From a virus (Duplodnaviria > Caudoviricetes): a stretch of 64,000 nt of DNA. A program made the translations under genes and the position numbers. The first letter of the stretch is position 1, and each line of letters starts with the position of its first letter. The DNA lies in the IMG/VR virus record IMGVR_UViG_3300021962_008747, positions 1 through 64,000 of that record; one strand, written 5' to 3'. The notes under the pieces are model-generated. The model saw only the letters and a program-made list of their open reading frames with translations. It ran no database searches and was not told where the DNA came from. Below are positions 27,744 through 37,019 of the stretch, in pieces.

Positions 27744-29191
27744 ACTTAATCACAACAACATTAATCAGTTTAGTAACTGTAATATCATTTGGTCAAAAAA
27801 GTTCTGTATGGGCAACTGTAGAAAATATAGATCAATTAAAAAGAAATCCACAGTTCACATCAATCCTTACTAATCAAAACATTTCATTAACATACAACAA
27901 AGCATTTTCTTCTTCAAAACAAGAGTCATTACAAATGGTATATGAATTTACTTGTAATTGTGATGTGACAGACTTATATATTACATTAAGTAGAGTGAGT
28001 GGTTTAAAAGGTGTTGAGTATGGACCAACATACGAAACATTAGAAACACCGAATGATTATAGTTTAGTTTCTACAACAAATTGGGCTTTAGATTTAATTG
28101 GAGCACAAAACGCATGGGTTTATACAACAGGTGACCCAACTTTAAATGTAGCGGTATCGGACCAAAACTTTTATAATAATCACGAAGAATTAACAGGTAA
28201 AATTAATTATTATGACAACACAAACACAGCAACAAAAACACATGGTACGGCCGTGGCAACAATAGTTGCAGGAAACACAAACAACTCAATCGGTTTATCA
28301 TCAATCGGTTACAACACAACCCTTAATCTTTATAGAATGAACTATAACGAAATGTTAACCGCTTCTTATAATGGGGCTAGAGTTATTAACTTATCTTGGA
28401 CTTCAGGATGTTTTTTTAATACTTACGCACAACAAGCAATTGATGAGGTTTATAATAACGGAACATTTATCGTGGCGTCAGCAGGAAATGGTTCAACATG
28501 TGGTGGCCCTAACTCACTTGTTTATCCCGCAGCTTACAATCATGTATTTGCCGTAACAAGTGTTGGTTCACAAGATAACATAGAAAAAACAATCGGTAAT
28601 CCAAACACAAGACACCAAACAAACTCATCAGTTGATATTTGTGCACCCGGACATAACGTACCATTAACCGCAGCACCAGGATGGTATTTAAACTCTTCAG
28701 GCACTTCATTTGCGGCACCTTACGTTACAGGAACAGTTGCTCTTATGTTATCGGTAAAATCAGATTTAACAAATGATGAAATTGATTCAATTTTAAGATT
28801 AACAGCAACAAACATTGATACTTTAAATCCAAATTATATTGGTATGATCGGTTCAGGAAGATTAAACTCAGGATTTGCAGTACAAAAAGTATGGGAAATG
28901 ACTCAAGTAGTTGAAGACGACGGAAATAACGGTCACGGAAACGATGAAGATGGGGTGGATGATTCTAATCCAGGTCAAGGTAACGGAAATCAAGGAAACA
29001 ACGGAAATCAAGGTGGGAATGGTAATCACTTTGGTTGGGACAAAAATGAAAAAACAACTTTAGGTGATGATTTATCAAATATGGTTGTAATTGATATAAA
29101 TGGTAGAACAACAACTTTAGATAACGCATTACCTGGATACTACTTCGTAGTGAATAACGGAATTATAACTAAAAAAATATATAAAAATTAA
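27728..29191 (+). CDS. Secreted S8 subtilisin-like serine protease with T9SS-like C-terminal domain
   Basis: Signal peptide; triad VAVSD / HGTAVA / GTSFAAP; oxyanion SAGNG; C-terminal IDINGR...PGYYFV..KKIYK. Confidence 0.88.
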   Translation: MKNLKNLITTTLISLVTVISFGQKSSVWATVENIDQLKRNPQFTSILTNQNISLTYNKAFSSSKQESLQMVYEFTCNCDVTDLYITLSRVSGLKGVEYGPTYETLETPNDYSLVSTTNWALDLIGAQNAWVYTTGDPTLNVAVSDQNFYNNHEELTGKINYYDNTNTATKTHGTAVATIVAGNTNNSIGLSSIGYNTTLNLYRMNYNEMLTASYNGARVINLSWTSGCFFNTYAQQAIDEVYNNGTFIVASAGNGSTCGGPNSLVYPAAYNHVFAVTSVGSQDNIEKTIGNPNTRHQTNSSVDICAPGHNVPLTAAPGWYLNSSGTSFAAPYVTGTVALMLSVKSDLTNDEIDSILRLTATNIDTLNPNYIGMIGSGRLNSGFAVQKVWEMTQVVEDDGNNGHGNDEDGVDDSNPGQGNGNQGNNGNQGGNGNHFGWDKNEKTTLGDDLSNMVVIDINGRTTTLDNALPGYYFVVNNGIITKKIYKN

Positions 29192-29241
29192 TATGAAAAA
29201 TAAAAATCACAAGGCCAAGATAGATGATTTAAAAATGATGG

Positions 29242-29264
29242 GAGTGCTGTTTTTGACAGCACTC
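29242..29264. terminator. Hairpin between convergent genes
   Basis: GAGTGCTGT-ttttg-ACAGCACTC. Confidence 0.5.
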
Positions 29265-29292
29265 ACCTTCATGCAGGGACTAAGAATTTTAA

Positions 29293-31044
29293 TTATCGGA
29301 TCAATTTTTTAGTTGACCCATCTGAATAAACTTCTATTACAAGACCAATCGTAGTTAGAGGATTCACTTCTTGTCCCATTAAATTAACGTACTTAACTAT
29401 AGTTTTATTAATAGTTTTTGAAACCACGATAGGACCATATGTCTCATACTTACCATCAATATCGTATTGAATTAATCTATAATAAGTTAATTCTTTTTGT
29501 GTATAGTCAATCCAAGAATATTTAATTTCTTCTGTTGAATTGCCGGCTGACGGCCTTTTGGCAATTTCTCTCCACATCTCACCATCAACACTTGATTCTA
29601 AAGAAAAGTAATCACTATTCTGTTCAGAAGCCGTTGTCCATTTAATAACATTCCATTGTGGGTATGGGCTTGCCTCAAATTGTGTTAAAACAATAGGTAA
29701 CGCTTGAGGTGTAGAAACAAACATTTTAAACGTACCTACTGTTCCTCCACCATATTCCCAAAAGCGAATATAAATCGTCTCTCCTGGTATAAAATCCTCT
29801 CTATAAATCCAAGGCATTAATCCATCTAACGCATCATCGTCATCACATTCTATTTCTGTTAATGAACCTGGTGTTCCTCTATAGATTGTCATCCCGCCAT
29901 CAGTTATATCTCCAGTTTGAGTATCAAAATCTAAAACAGTAACGTATTGAGGAACTACTACTTTAAACCAAACATCTTGACCTGTGTAAGATGCACAAGA
30001 TGGAGTTGATTCTGTTGTTGTATTAGTTGAGTTTTCATTTGAATATGTTTTGTATCCTAACCCATCATTTACAGTAAGAAGTATTGCTCCTGCTGGATCG
30101 TCATTTGATGGTGGTGGAGGTGGGTCTGCTAACTTTGTAATTGTTATAGAATACTCACCACAAGTAGGTGATGGCCAAGTATCAGTCCACAAATAATACG
30201 TTCCTGCTGCTAGTATCTGAGAAAAAGAAATAGAAGTTCCTGATGATGTTACATTGTAGTTGATTACATTTGCATTGCTAGGTGTACATGCAGAGTGAAG
30301 TGATAATATTTTATAAGTTCCAGTACCACCTAAATCAAATTGGTAATTACCTCCTCCAGAAGGAATTGTTATTTGCCAAACGGCATCTTCACCATCACCG
30401 TATAAAGAAGAACCAAAAGAGTTTACTGGAAAGTCATTACCTCTACCGCAAGTTGTTTGAGTTCCGGTAGTTGTTGTAGAACCTTGTGTTGTTGGTACAG
30501 AGAGTGTTGTAATTGTTGCACAATCACTATTAGATGGTAATGGTGGACCAACTGTTGTAGCGAAGTCGTGAAGATATAGAGCCCTGTTTGCGTTGTTGTT
30601 GTATATTCTTATTTCTAAATTGGATCTACCATCATCGATGGTTATATTTGAAGTGATGGCAGTTGTTGCTGAGGTTGTATATGAGTTAATTAATTCCCAA
30701 GCACCACCGTTCGCTCGCTTATATAAAGCAAATCCACCATTAGATCCACTTACCCTTAACTTTAGTGTTAATGTACCTACACCTCCTGAGCTTATTACTG
30801 GTGTGATCAATTCTCCACCTGCTTTTGATAATTGAGAGTATCCGGCAGAACCCGTACCATTTGCAGCACCGCCTGGTGCAACTATTGTCTTGGTGTATAA
30901 CCAAGTACCACCGTTACCGTTTTGAGTGGATTGTGTTGTTAGATATGAGGTTTGTGAACTCCATGATTGAAATGTTTCATTTAGTTGACCAAATAAAGAA
31001 CAACTAAATAGCATGATTGCTAATGTAAATAATAATGTTTTCAT
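29293..31044 (-). CDS. Secreted multidomain T9SS-cargo-like protein
   Basis: Signal peptide; PPC-like DVWF..V domains; LPIVLTQF..WTTASEQNSDYF..AGNS..YYRLIQYDIDG Ig-like domain; VNLMGQEV..YSDGSTKK tail. Confidence 0.8.
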   Translation of the reverse strand: MKTLLFTLAIMLFSCSLFGQLNETFQSWSSQTSYLTTQSTQNGNGGTWLYTKTIVAPGGAANGTGSAGYSQLSKAGGELITPVISSGGVGTLTLKLRVSGSNGGFALYKRANGGAWELINSYTTSATTAITSNITIDDGRSNLEIRIYNNNANRALYLHDFATTVGPPLPSNSDCATITTLSVPTTQGSTTTTGTQTTCGRGNDFPVNSFGSSLYGDGEDAVWQITIPSGGGNYQFDLGGTGTYKILSLHSACTPSNANVINYNVTSSGTSISFSQILAAGTYYLWTDTWPSPTCGEYSITITKLADPPPPPSNDDPAGAILLTVNDGLGYKTYSNENSTNTTTESTPSCASYTGQDVWFKVVVPQYVTVLDFDTQTGDITDGGMTIYRGTPGSLTEIECDDDDALDGLMPWIYREDFIPGETIYIRFWEYGGGTVGTFKMFVSTPQALPIVLTQFEASPYPQWNVIKWTTASEQNSDYFSLESSVDGEMWREIAKRPSAGNSTEEIKYSWIDYTQKELTYYRLIQYDIDGKYETYGPIVVSKTINKTIVKYVNLMGQEVNPLTTIGLVIEVYSDGSTKKLIR

Positions 31045-31219
31045 AATAATTGGTCTTGTTTTTTTATAGTACTTACTTAATAATAAGTATTTCTACTTAA
31101 TAAATATACTATCTATATTAAAATGACATCACCAAATTATTATTTTATGGATTTAAATTATTATTTATCTAAATTTATCTTTAATTTTTTAATATTTATA
31201 TATAACAAATAATAAATAA

Positions 31220-31684
31220 ATGAATAGATGGGATATGTTTGAAAGGTTGTTCGCATCCGTTTTAGCGGTAGTTCAACCTTTCATCATTTATTTCCTATAC
31301 GGTGATAACAATGCTATATCTAGATCTTGGGACACTCCACTCCAACCACTTTTTATAATTACAAACGCTCTTGTTAGTTTTTTCTTTTTTAAAATGCCAA
31401 AATGGAGAATACCTGCAATACTTTTATTACTTTTAACTTCTTTTTCAGTAACCGATCATTTTGTTTTACATAATATTTTTGCGGTATCATTTTTTATATT
31501 CTCAGCCGTATCGTTATGGAGTATTAAAAAATTCAGGTATTATTTTTTTATATTTTTATTAACCGCTATTTTTCTTTTTGATGGATTATTTTGGGCAGAA
31601 ACTTGGGGGATATTATCTTTAGTTTTTTATCACACACATTTAACAATATATAGATATTTATTAGATATAAGAAGTCAAAAATGA
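31220..31684 (+). CDS. Multi-pass membrane protein
   Basis: About five hydrophobic segments. Confidence 0.65.
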   Translation: MNRWDMFERLFASVLAVVQPFIIYFLYGDNNAISRSWDTPLQPLFIITNALVSFFFFKMPKWRIPAILLLLLTSFSVTDHFVLHNIFAVSFFIFSAVSLWSIKKFRYYFFIFLLTAIFLFDGLFWAETWGILSLVFYHTHLTIYRYLLDIRSQK

Positions 31685-32796
31685 ATGTTAATAATATTGT
31701 AAAAAAAATATTAATAGAAGCAAATTCAAGTAGATATGCCGGTTATTATAATGGACCATTAACTATGGGAGAAATTGATTGGGAAGATAATACTTTAGGT
31801 CCATTTACTAATAAAGTATCTAAGTTTTATAATGCTGAACTGGAACACGACAGTTATGACGGATCTTTAGACTCTCACAAAAAAGATAGAAAAAGTTTAG
31901 AGTCCAAATCACGTAAAATTTCAAAATATAATAAAAAACATCACGAATTAAATGATGAAGATGGTGGAATAATAAATCAAACACCAGGGAAAGGTCAGAA
32001 AATAGTGCCAATAGTTAGAGAATGGGTCGATTTAAATAGAATACCATTAAACGAAGATTTGGCCGTTTGGTTTGGTAAAAAGAAAAAACCAAAAGGTTCA
32101 AAACAACCAAAAGGACCTTGGGTTGATATATGTAGAAAAGTTGACGGAAAACACCCCCCTTGTGGAAGAAGTGATGCTGATAAAGGAGCCTATCCTAAAT
32201 GTAGGGCGGCTGGTGTTGCAGGTAAAATGACAGATTCACAAAAAAAATCTGCATGTCAACAAAAAAGAAGGGCGGAAAAAAAAGATACGCAATCAGGTAA
32301 AGGACAAAAACCCGTTATGACATCATACAAACCAAAAAATAAAAAAAAAACAAATGAAATAATGAAAAAAAATAGTTTAATACTAAGTGAAAGAGAGTTA
32401 ATTGCTTTAATAAAAAGAATAATTAATGAAAGTACAGAACCGCCAAAAGGAGTATCATTAAATCTTACCTGTAGAGGTAATGATGGTTCTTTTAATAAAG
32501 ACAATTTAACATTTTACAGTTCAAATAGTTCTATACCGGGATATAAACAAAGACTAAGTTTAAAAACTAGTGAAACGCAAGTACCTGATGGCGTAATTGC
32601 TTCATCAAAACCCAATTTTTTCACCTTAGATGTTGTAAGTACAGAAATGATACCAAAAGTTGTAAGTGAATTGTCGGATTTTATAGATTCTGGTAGTGGA
32701 TATGCTTTAATTGGTAACAAAGCTAATCGTCAATATTATTGTGCACCTAATGTTGGAACCGACCAAAAATGGATTGATTATTTTAATAGTCTTTAA
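31681..32796 (+). CDS. Multidomain hypothetical protein, probably head-internal
   Basis: VKKILIE and LIKRIINE motifs; basic Cys-containing domain WVDIC..PCGR..YPKC. Confidence 0.6.
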   Translation: MNVNNIVKKILIEANSSRYAGYYNGPLTMGEIDWEDNTLGPFTNKVSKFYNAELEHDSYDGSLDSHKKDRKSLESKSRKISKYNKKHHELNDEDGGIINQTPGKGQKIVPIVREWVDLNRIPLNEDLAVWFGKKKKPKGSKQPKGPWVDICRKVDGKHPPCGRSDADKGAYPKCRAAGVAGKMTDSQKKSACQQKRRAEKKDTQSGKGQKPVMTSYKPKNKKKTNEIMKKNSLILSERELIALIKRIINESTEPPKGVSLNLTCRGNDGSFNKDNLTFYSSNSSIPGYKQRLSLKTSETQVPDGVIASSKPNFFTLDVVSTEMIPKVVSELSDFIDSGSGYALIGNKANRQYYCAPNVGTDQKWIDYFNSL

Positions 32797-33050
32797 TTTT
32801 TATTTAGGTAAGGATTAATCTGCTCTTTTGGTAAAGTAAATCCCCCCTTTTTAAAAATAAAAGTATTTGCAAAGTGTTTTTTTTCTTCTTCAGACCATTT
32901 TGACATTTCTGACGATGACTCCAAATCAAATTTTTTAAGATCGTAGTTTTCATTATTTGGTGTTTCGGTATTAATATTTTGATTGGTATTTACTTGAGAG
33001 TAAGACGATAACCCGATAGTTAAAAAAAGAGTAATAATTAATGTTTTCAT
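32793..33050 (-). CDS. Small secreted protein
   Basis: Signal peptide MKTLIITLFLTIGLSSYSQ; TATATTTG host promoter element at 33071-33078. Confidence 0.6.
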   Translation of the reverse strand: MKTLIITLFLTIGLSSYSQVNTNQNINTETPNNENYDLKKFDLESSSEMSKWSEEEKKHFANTFIFKKGGFTLPKEQINPYLNKN

Positions 33051-33130
33051 ATTGTTTTATTTTTATAATACAAATATAATATTTTTTATTAAATAAAAAA
33101 ATTAAATCACCAAAATAATTTGCGATAAAA

Positions 33131-33574
33131 TTAACAATAAGGTGGTGTACACCTTTTTTTACCGTCAAGACCTTTAATTTTTCCTTTGCATACTTGAATC
33201 GCATGTCCATTTGCATACGCAGAAGGATACACATCATATTTAGATTTAGCAGAAGCTTTTCCCCTAGCACAAAGTTTTGTTCCTGTTTTTTTACGACCTT
33301 CCTCAATCATATCTTCATAGTCATGATCTCCTTCCGTTTCGTTTTTTAAAAAATCAAATACTTGATCCATGTTATTTTTAGCTTCTGCAATATGATCTTG
33401 AGCCCAATCATGACCATTTTCTAATATTGACTCAATCTCATCTTGATCCATATCTAATAACATTTCACACTGTCTTTTCATTTGTTCAAGATTAGAAAAA
33501 AACATATATCTACTTGAATGTTTATTTTCTTCTTCTTTTAATACTTTACGTATAATATAATTGATATTCATCAT
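33131..33574 (-). CDS. Hypothetical protein, probably head-internal
   Basis: IIRKVLKEE N-terminus; AKSKYDVYPSAYANG motif. Confidence 0.65.
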   Translation of the reverse strand: MMNINYIIRKVLKEEENKHSSRYMFFSNLEQMKRQCEMLLDMDQDEIESILENGHDWAQDHIAEAKNNMDQVFDFLKNETEGDHDYEDMIEEGRKKTGTKLCARGKASAKSKYDVYPSAYANGHAIQVCKGKIKGLDGKKRCTPPYC

Positions 33575-33754
33575 TTAAGCATTTAATCCATTAGGTCCAC
33601 CTAAAGTAACCATATTTAATTGTACTACCGTACCTCCTGTCAAATCTGAGTAAACTGGGTGAGGTGCCGATACCTCAACAACGGTTGTACCACCCGATCC
33701 ATCACATATTTGCTCACAAAAAGTAACTTCTGTATTTGCGCTAACTTGTCCCAT
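33575..33754 (-). CDS. 59-aa protein absent from the ORF track (MGQVSANTEVTFCEQICDG...LGGPNGLNA)
   Basis: Fills the gap exactly; its stop abuts the next ATG; A-rich upstream. Confidence 0.7.
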   Translation of the reverse strand: MGQVSANTEVTFCEQICDGSGGTTVVEVSAPHPVYSDLTGGTVVQLNMVTLGGPNGLNA

Positions 33755-33768
33755 TTAATTAATTTTTT

Positions 33769-35229
33769 TTATAATTTATTTACAATCTGAAATTGTATTT
33801 CTCTTTTATAAGTATCTATGTTTCTATCTGAAACTACTTTCATATCTATAAAATATTCATTAGGTATTTTATCTATTGTATCAAAAACAAAATAATACCC
33901 ATCTGTAGTTCTATTAATTTCTGTCCAATCTTGAACTTGTATTTCTGTATTTGATCCCTCTCTAACATATATTCTATAATACGCCCTTACTCCTTTTAAT
34001 ACTGTTGAGCTAGAATATGCCTGTTTGATAGTCACATTAACTTTTCTTAAATCAGTATTTAATATTTTTTCATTTTGTTTAATTCCATTAAAAGAAAACC
34101 CAAATAATTTAGGACTTTCTGTTTTAGTACCAATATTATATTTGTTAGACTTAGGTAAAATTGCAAATTCATTTTCTATATTATCTAAAGAACTACCACC
34201 AATCACTAAATTTTTCCAAACATCGGTAAACAAACATGGAGTATTATCAGAAGTTAATCCATTTATATCTACTTTATAAACCCCTTTTGTTACCAAACAT
34301 GTGGTTAGCGATGTAAAACCAACGACAGGATCACCATCCAAATTTAAAATATCTACTGTAGGGTTTGAGTCTAAATTTATTGGTGATCCATTTTCATAAA
34401 CATATAAATAAAGTTTATTATCAAACGAATCATAAAAATTATTTCTATCATCTAAAATTAAATCATCGTATGATGTTTCTAAATAAGGTTCATAAAAAGT
34501 CTGAGTGTATGGAGAGAAAAAACCAACAAAATAATTCTCAGTCATACCTGAAATATTTTCTAATTCAGGTAAATATGCAATTCCCCAACCTGTCACCCCA
34601 GTGGTACCTCCGGTTAAGATTGAATTTATTTCATTTGTCATATCAAACTCAATATCTTCATTACCTAATTCAAAATGTTGGGTATCTATAATTGTTAGTG
34701 CCGAATAATTTACTGATGATCCTGAAGACGAATTTGTATTATCGTATATCCCATTAGTTGACCAACCACTTAAAGTAGTTCTTTGAAACCAATTAGATGA
34801 CCTATCAGAAAAAGATTTATCATTCAAATTAGTTATCCCAAAATCATAATAATCATATCCTACACCCATATCCCACTGTTGATTTTGGGGTATTCTAAAT
34901 AATATTAAATCAAATGAGGTTGCTCTTCTTCTGCCTTGAGACGTTTTATCATTAAGTAACTCTTTATCAAAAAATGATGTGTTAGTCATTTTTAATTTGT
35001 GAGTTATATTAGAAAAACCAGTACATCCTGTAGATATAATTCCTTCAGATATTTTTGTCTGTAAATTTGTTAAATCTATATTAAAAATATACCTACTATA
35101 TCCTATAGGTACTGAAAGGTTATCCACCCTACCAAAAAATAATTCAACAATAGGATTTCTCGCAGTATTAGTGTAAGAATTATATATAATTGTATTAGAC
35201 TTATCGAAATAAGATTTATGAATAGACAT
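33769..35229 (-). CDS. Virion structural protein (putative baseplate/tail)
   Basis: 486 aa, beta-rich; TATTTAT at 35244-35250; next to the spike-like gene. Confidence 0.55.
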   Translation of the reverse strand: MSIHKSYFDKSNTIIYNSYTNTARNPIVELFFGRVDNLSVPIGYSRYIFNIDLTNLQTKISEGIISTGCTGFSNITHKLKMTNTSFFDKELLNDKTSQGRRRATSFDLILFRIPQNQQWDMGVGYDYYDFGITNLNDKSFSDRSSNWFQRTTLSGWSTNGIYDNTNSSSGSSVNYSALTIIDTQHFELGNEDIEFDMTNEINSILTGGTTGVTGWGIAYLPELENISGMTENYFVGFFSPYTQTFYEPYLETSYDDLILDDRNNFYDSFDNKLYLYVYENGSPINLDSNPTVDILNLDGDPVVGFTSLTTCLVTKGVYKVDINGLTSDNTPCLFTDVWKNLVIGGSSLDNIENEFAILPKSNKYNIGTKTESPKLFGFSFNGIKQNEKILNTDLRKVNVTIKQAYSSSTVLKGVRAYYRIYVREGSNTEIQVQDWTEINRTTDGYYFVFDTIDKIPNEYFIDMKVVSDRNIDTYKREIQFQIVNKL

Positions 35230-35251
35230 ATAACGTTTTATATATAAATAC

Positions 35252-36822
35252 TCAATTAATTCGAATATTACTATTTAAAACATTTTGGTAGGCTTCTTGC
35301 ATTTTTGTTAATATATCCGCTGTCGATATACCTGACGCCGCTGAAACCGGTGTTGGTGGTAACATAGGGTATGGGTGGTCGTGAGTTACTAAAAAATTAA
35401 CAATTAACTGGAGTAAATCTAATAAAGGTTCGCCTCTAACCATAGATTTTGTATTTGGTTGTAATGTGTCATATATGTCGTCAGCCTCTATTCCGTATAT
35501 TCCTTTTGTTGATAATACTTCTTTAATTTCTGGTGTGGTGTTATCATGAGATAGAAAATACATTTGTTGTGCGCCCATTAAATTTATTGTTGTTCCTATT
35601 TGTTCTTCTGTGACCGGTTTGTATGTTTCCTCAATTTTAATGAATGGTTCTCTTGGATTATTATTTATATCACTTACCAAACCATATCCTTGGGATATAT
35701 CGGCAGGACTAACTTGAACCGCGTCCATTATTTTAGTCGCATTTTGAATTACATTAATATCTATATTATTACTAGAAATTAAGTCAGTTATTGAGTTTCT
35801 TAATGTAGAATCAGGTCTATAGAAAAAAGGAAAATTATCCCCTTGTTCAATAGTTGGTATAAGTACCTGCGGTTGATTTTTAAAATCAATTAAAACTTTA
35901 TTAATTTCATTTATAAATAAATCAAAAGATAATGCGGTAAGAGTTTTTGTATAAATTATAGATGGAGTTATGTTTGTAAAAATTGTGTTGTAATCTAAAA
36001 AATCGGTCTTGGTTTGAGCATCCTCCGGTAGTTTGTATATTATAACCATTCCCGTATAAACATCGACAGTGGTACTTAAAGTAGAGCATTGATATTCTAT
36101 TAAATATTTTACACCCTCTATGTTTGGTACTAATCTAGTGATTGTTTTATCATCACCATATATTTTAACTTTATCAAAATAAGACATTTGAAAAAATGCT
36201 CTATTTTCATTTGGTGATGGTATTTCTCCTCTTTGAAATGCAAAATGTTTTCCTGCTCTAAGTAGTAATTCACTTTCCTTAATGATTATGTCAGAACTAT
36301 CTCTACCATTTATCGAAATATCAACAGGCTCAACAAAAACTCCCTTTTTTTCTTTGTCTGCATATTGACCATTACTGTCTTTTATAAAAGGAATACTTAT
36401 TGTGGAATTACCATAACCACTATCTAAATGGGTATTTGATGATCTAAAATCTTCATTTTTTATTGTGGTTGGGGAAGAATAGGGAGCAATCATATAAAAC
36501 TTATTTCTACCTGATCTTCTTTTTCTATCAAAATAAAATAACAAACATTTTCACCTGGCTTTGGTACTTGATTTATAAAGTATGGTAATAGAGGTAAAAA
36601 TATGAATGGGTCTTTTGGTGACCACGGACCATTTTTAAATGGAGTTTTAGAATTTTCATCAAAACCTTTTATTGATTTTTTAACTTGATCTTCATCTTCA
36701 TTTGTTGGCGCAACTCTAATACGACCTAACATTAAAGGGTCTTTAGTGTCTAAACAGACCCCAAAATATATATTTTGTGTCATGTCAGATGAAAAATCAC
36801 TGGGCATTAAACTAGTTGCCAT
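35252..36822 (-). CDS. Baseplate central spike / gp5-like protein, split by a one-base frameshift near 36545
   Basis: N-part GVCLDTKDPLMLGRIRV...VPKPGENV (OB-fold-like) and C-part ending THDHPYP (HxH apex) lie in different frames that overlap at 36490-36544. Confidence 0.65.
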
Positions 36823-37018
36823 TGTTTGTTCTTCTATTAAATTCTTCTAATATTTTATTGTAACTTGTTTCAGTTATATCTAAGTGACGAGTAAGCTTCA
36901 ATATTAAATCCTTAGTTTTATAAAAATCTTTATCTAAAAATTTTAATGCTTCCAATAGTTCTTTATTAGAAATTGATTTATAATTATTTAATATCTCAAA
37001 AATTTTTTCTTGTTCCAT
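36812..37018 (-). CDS. Small hypothetical protein (likely start MEQEK at 37018)
   Basis: Track ORF 36812..37036; coupled to its neighbours. Confidence 0.55.
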   Translation of the reverse strand: MEQEKIFEILNNYKSISNKELLEALKFLDKDFYKTKDLILKLTRHLDITETSYNKILEEFNRRTNNGN

Positions 37019-37019
37019 A

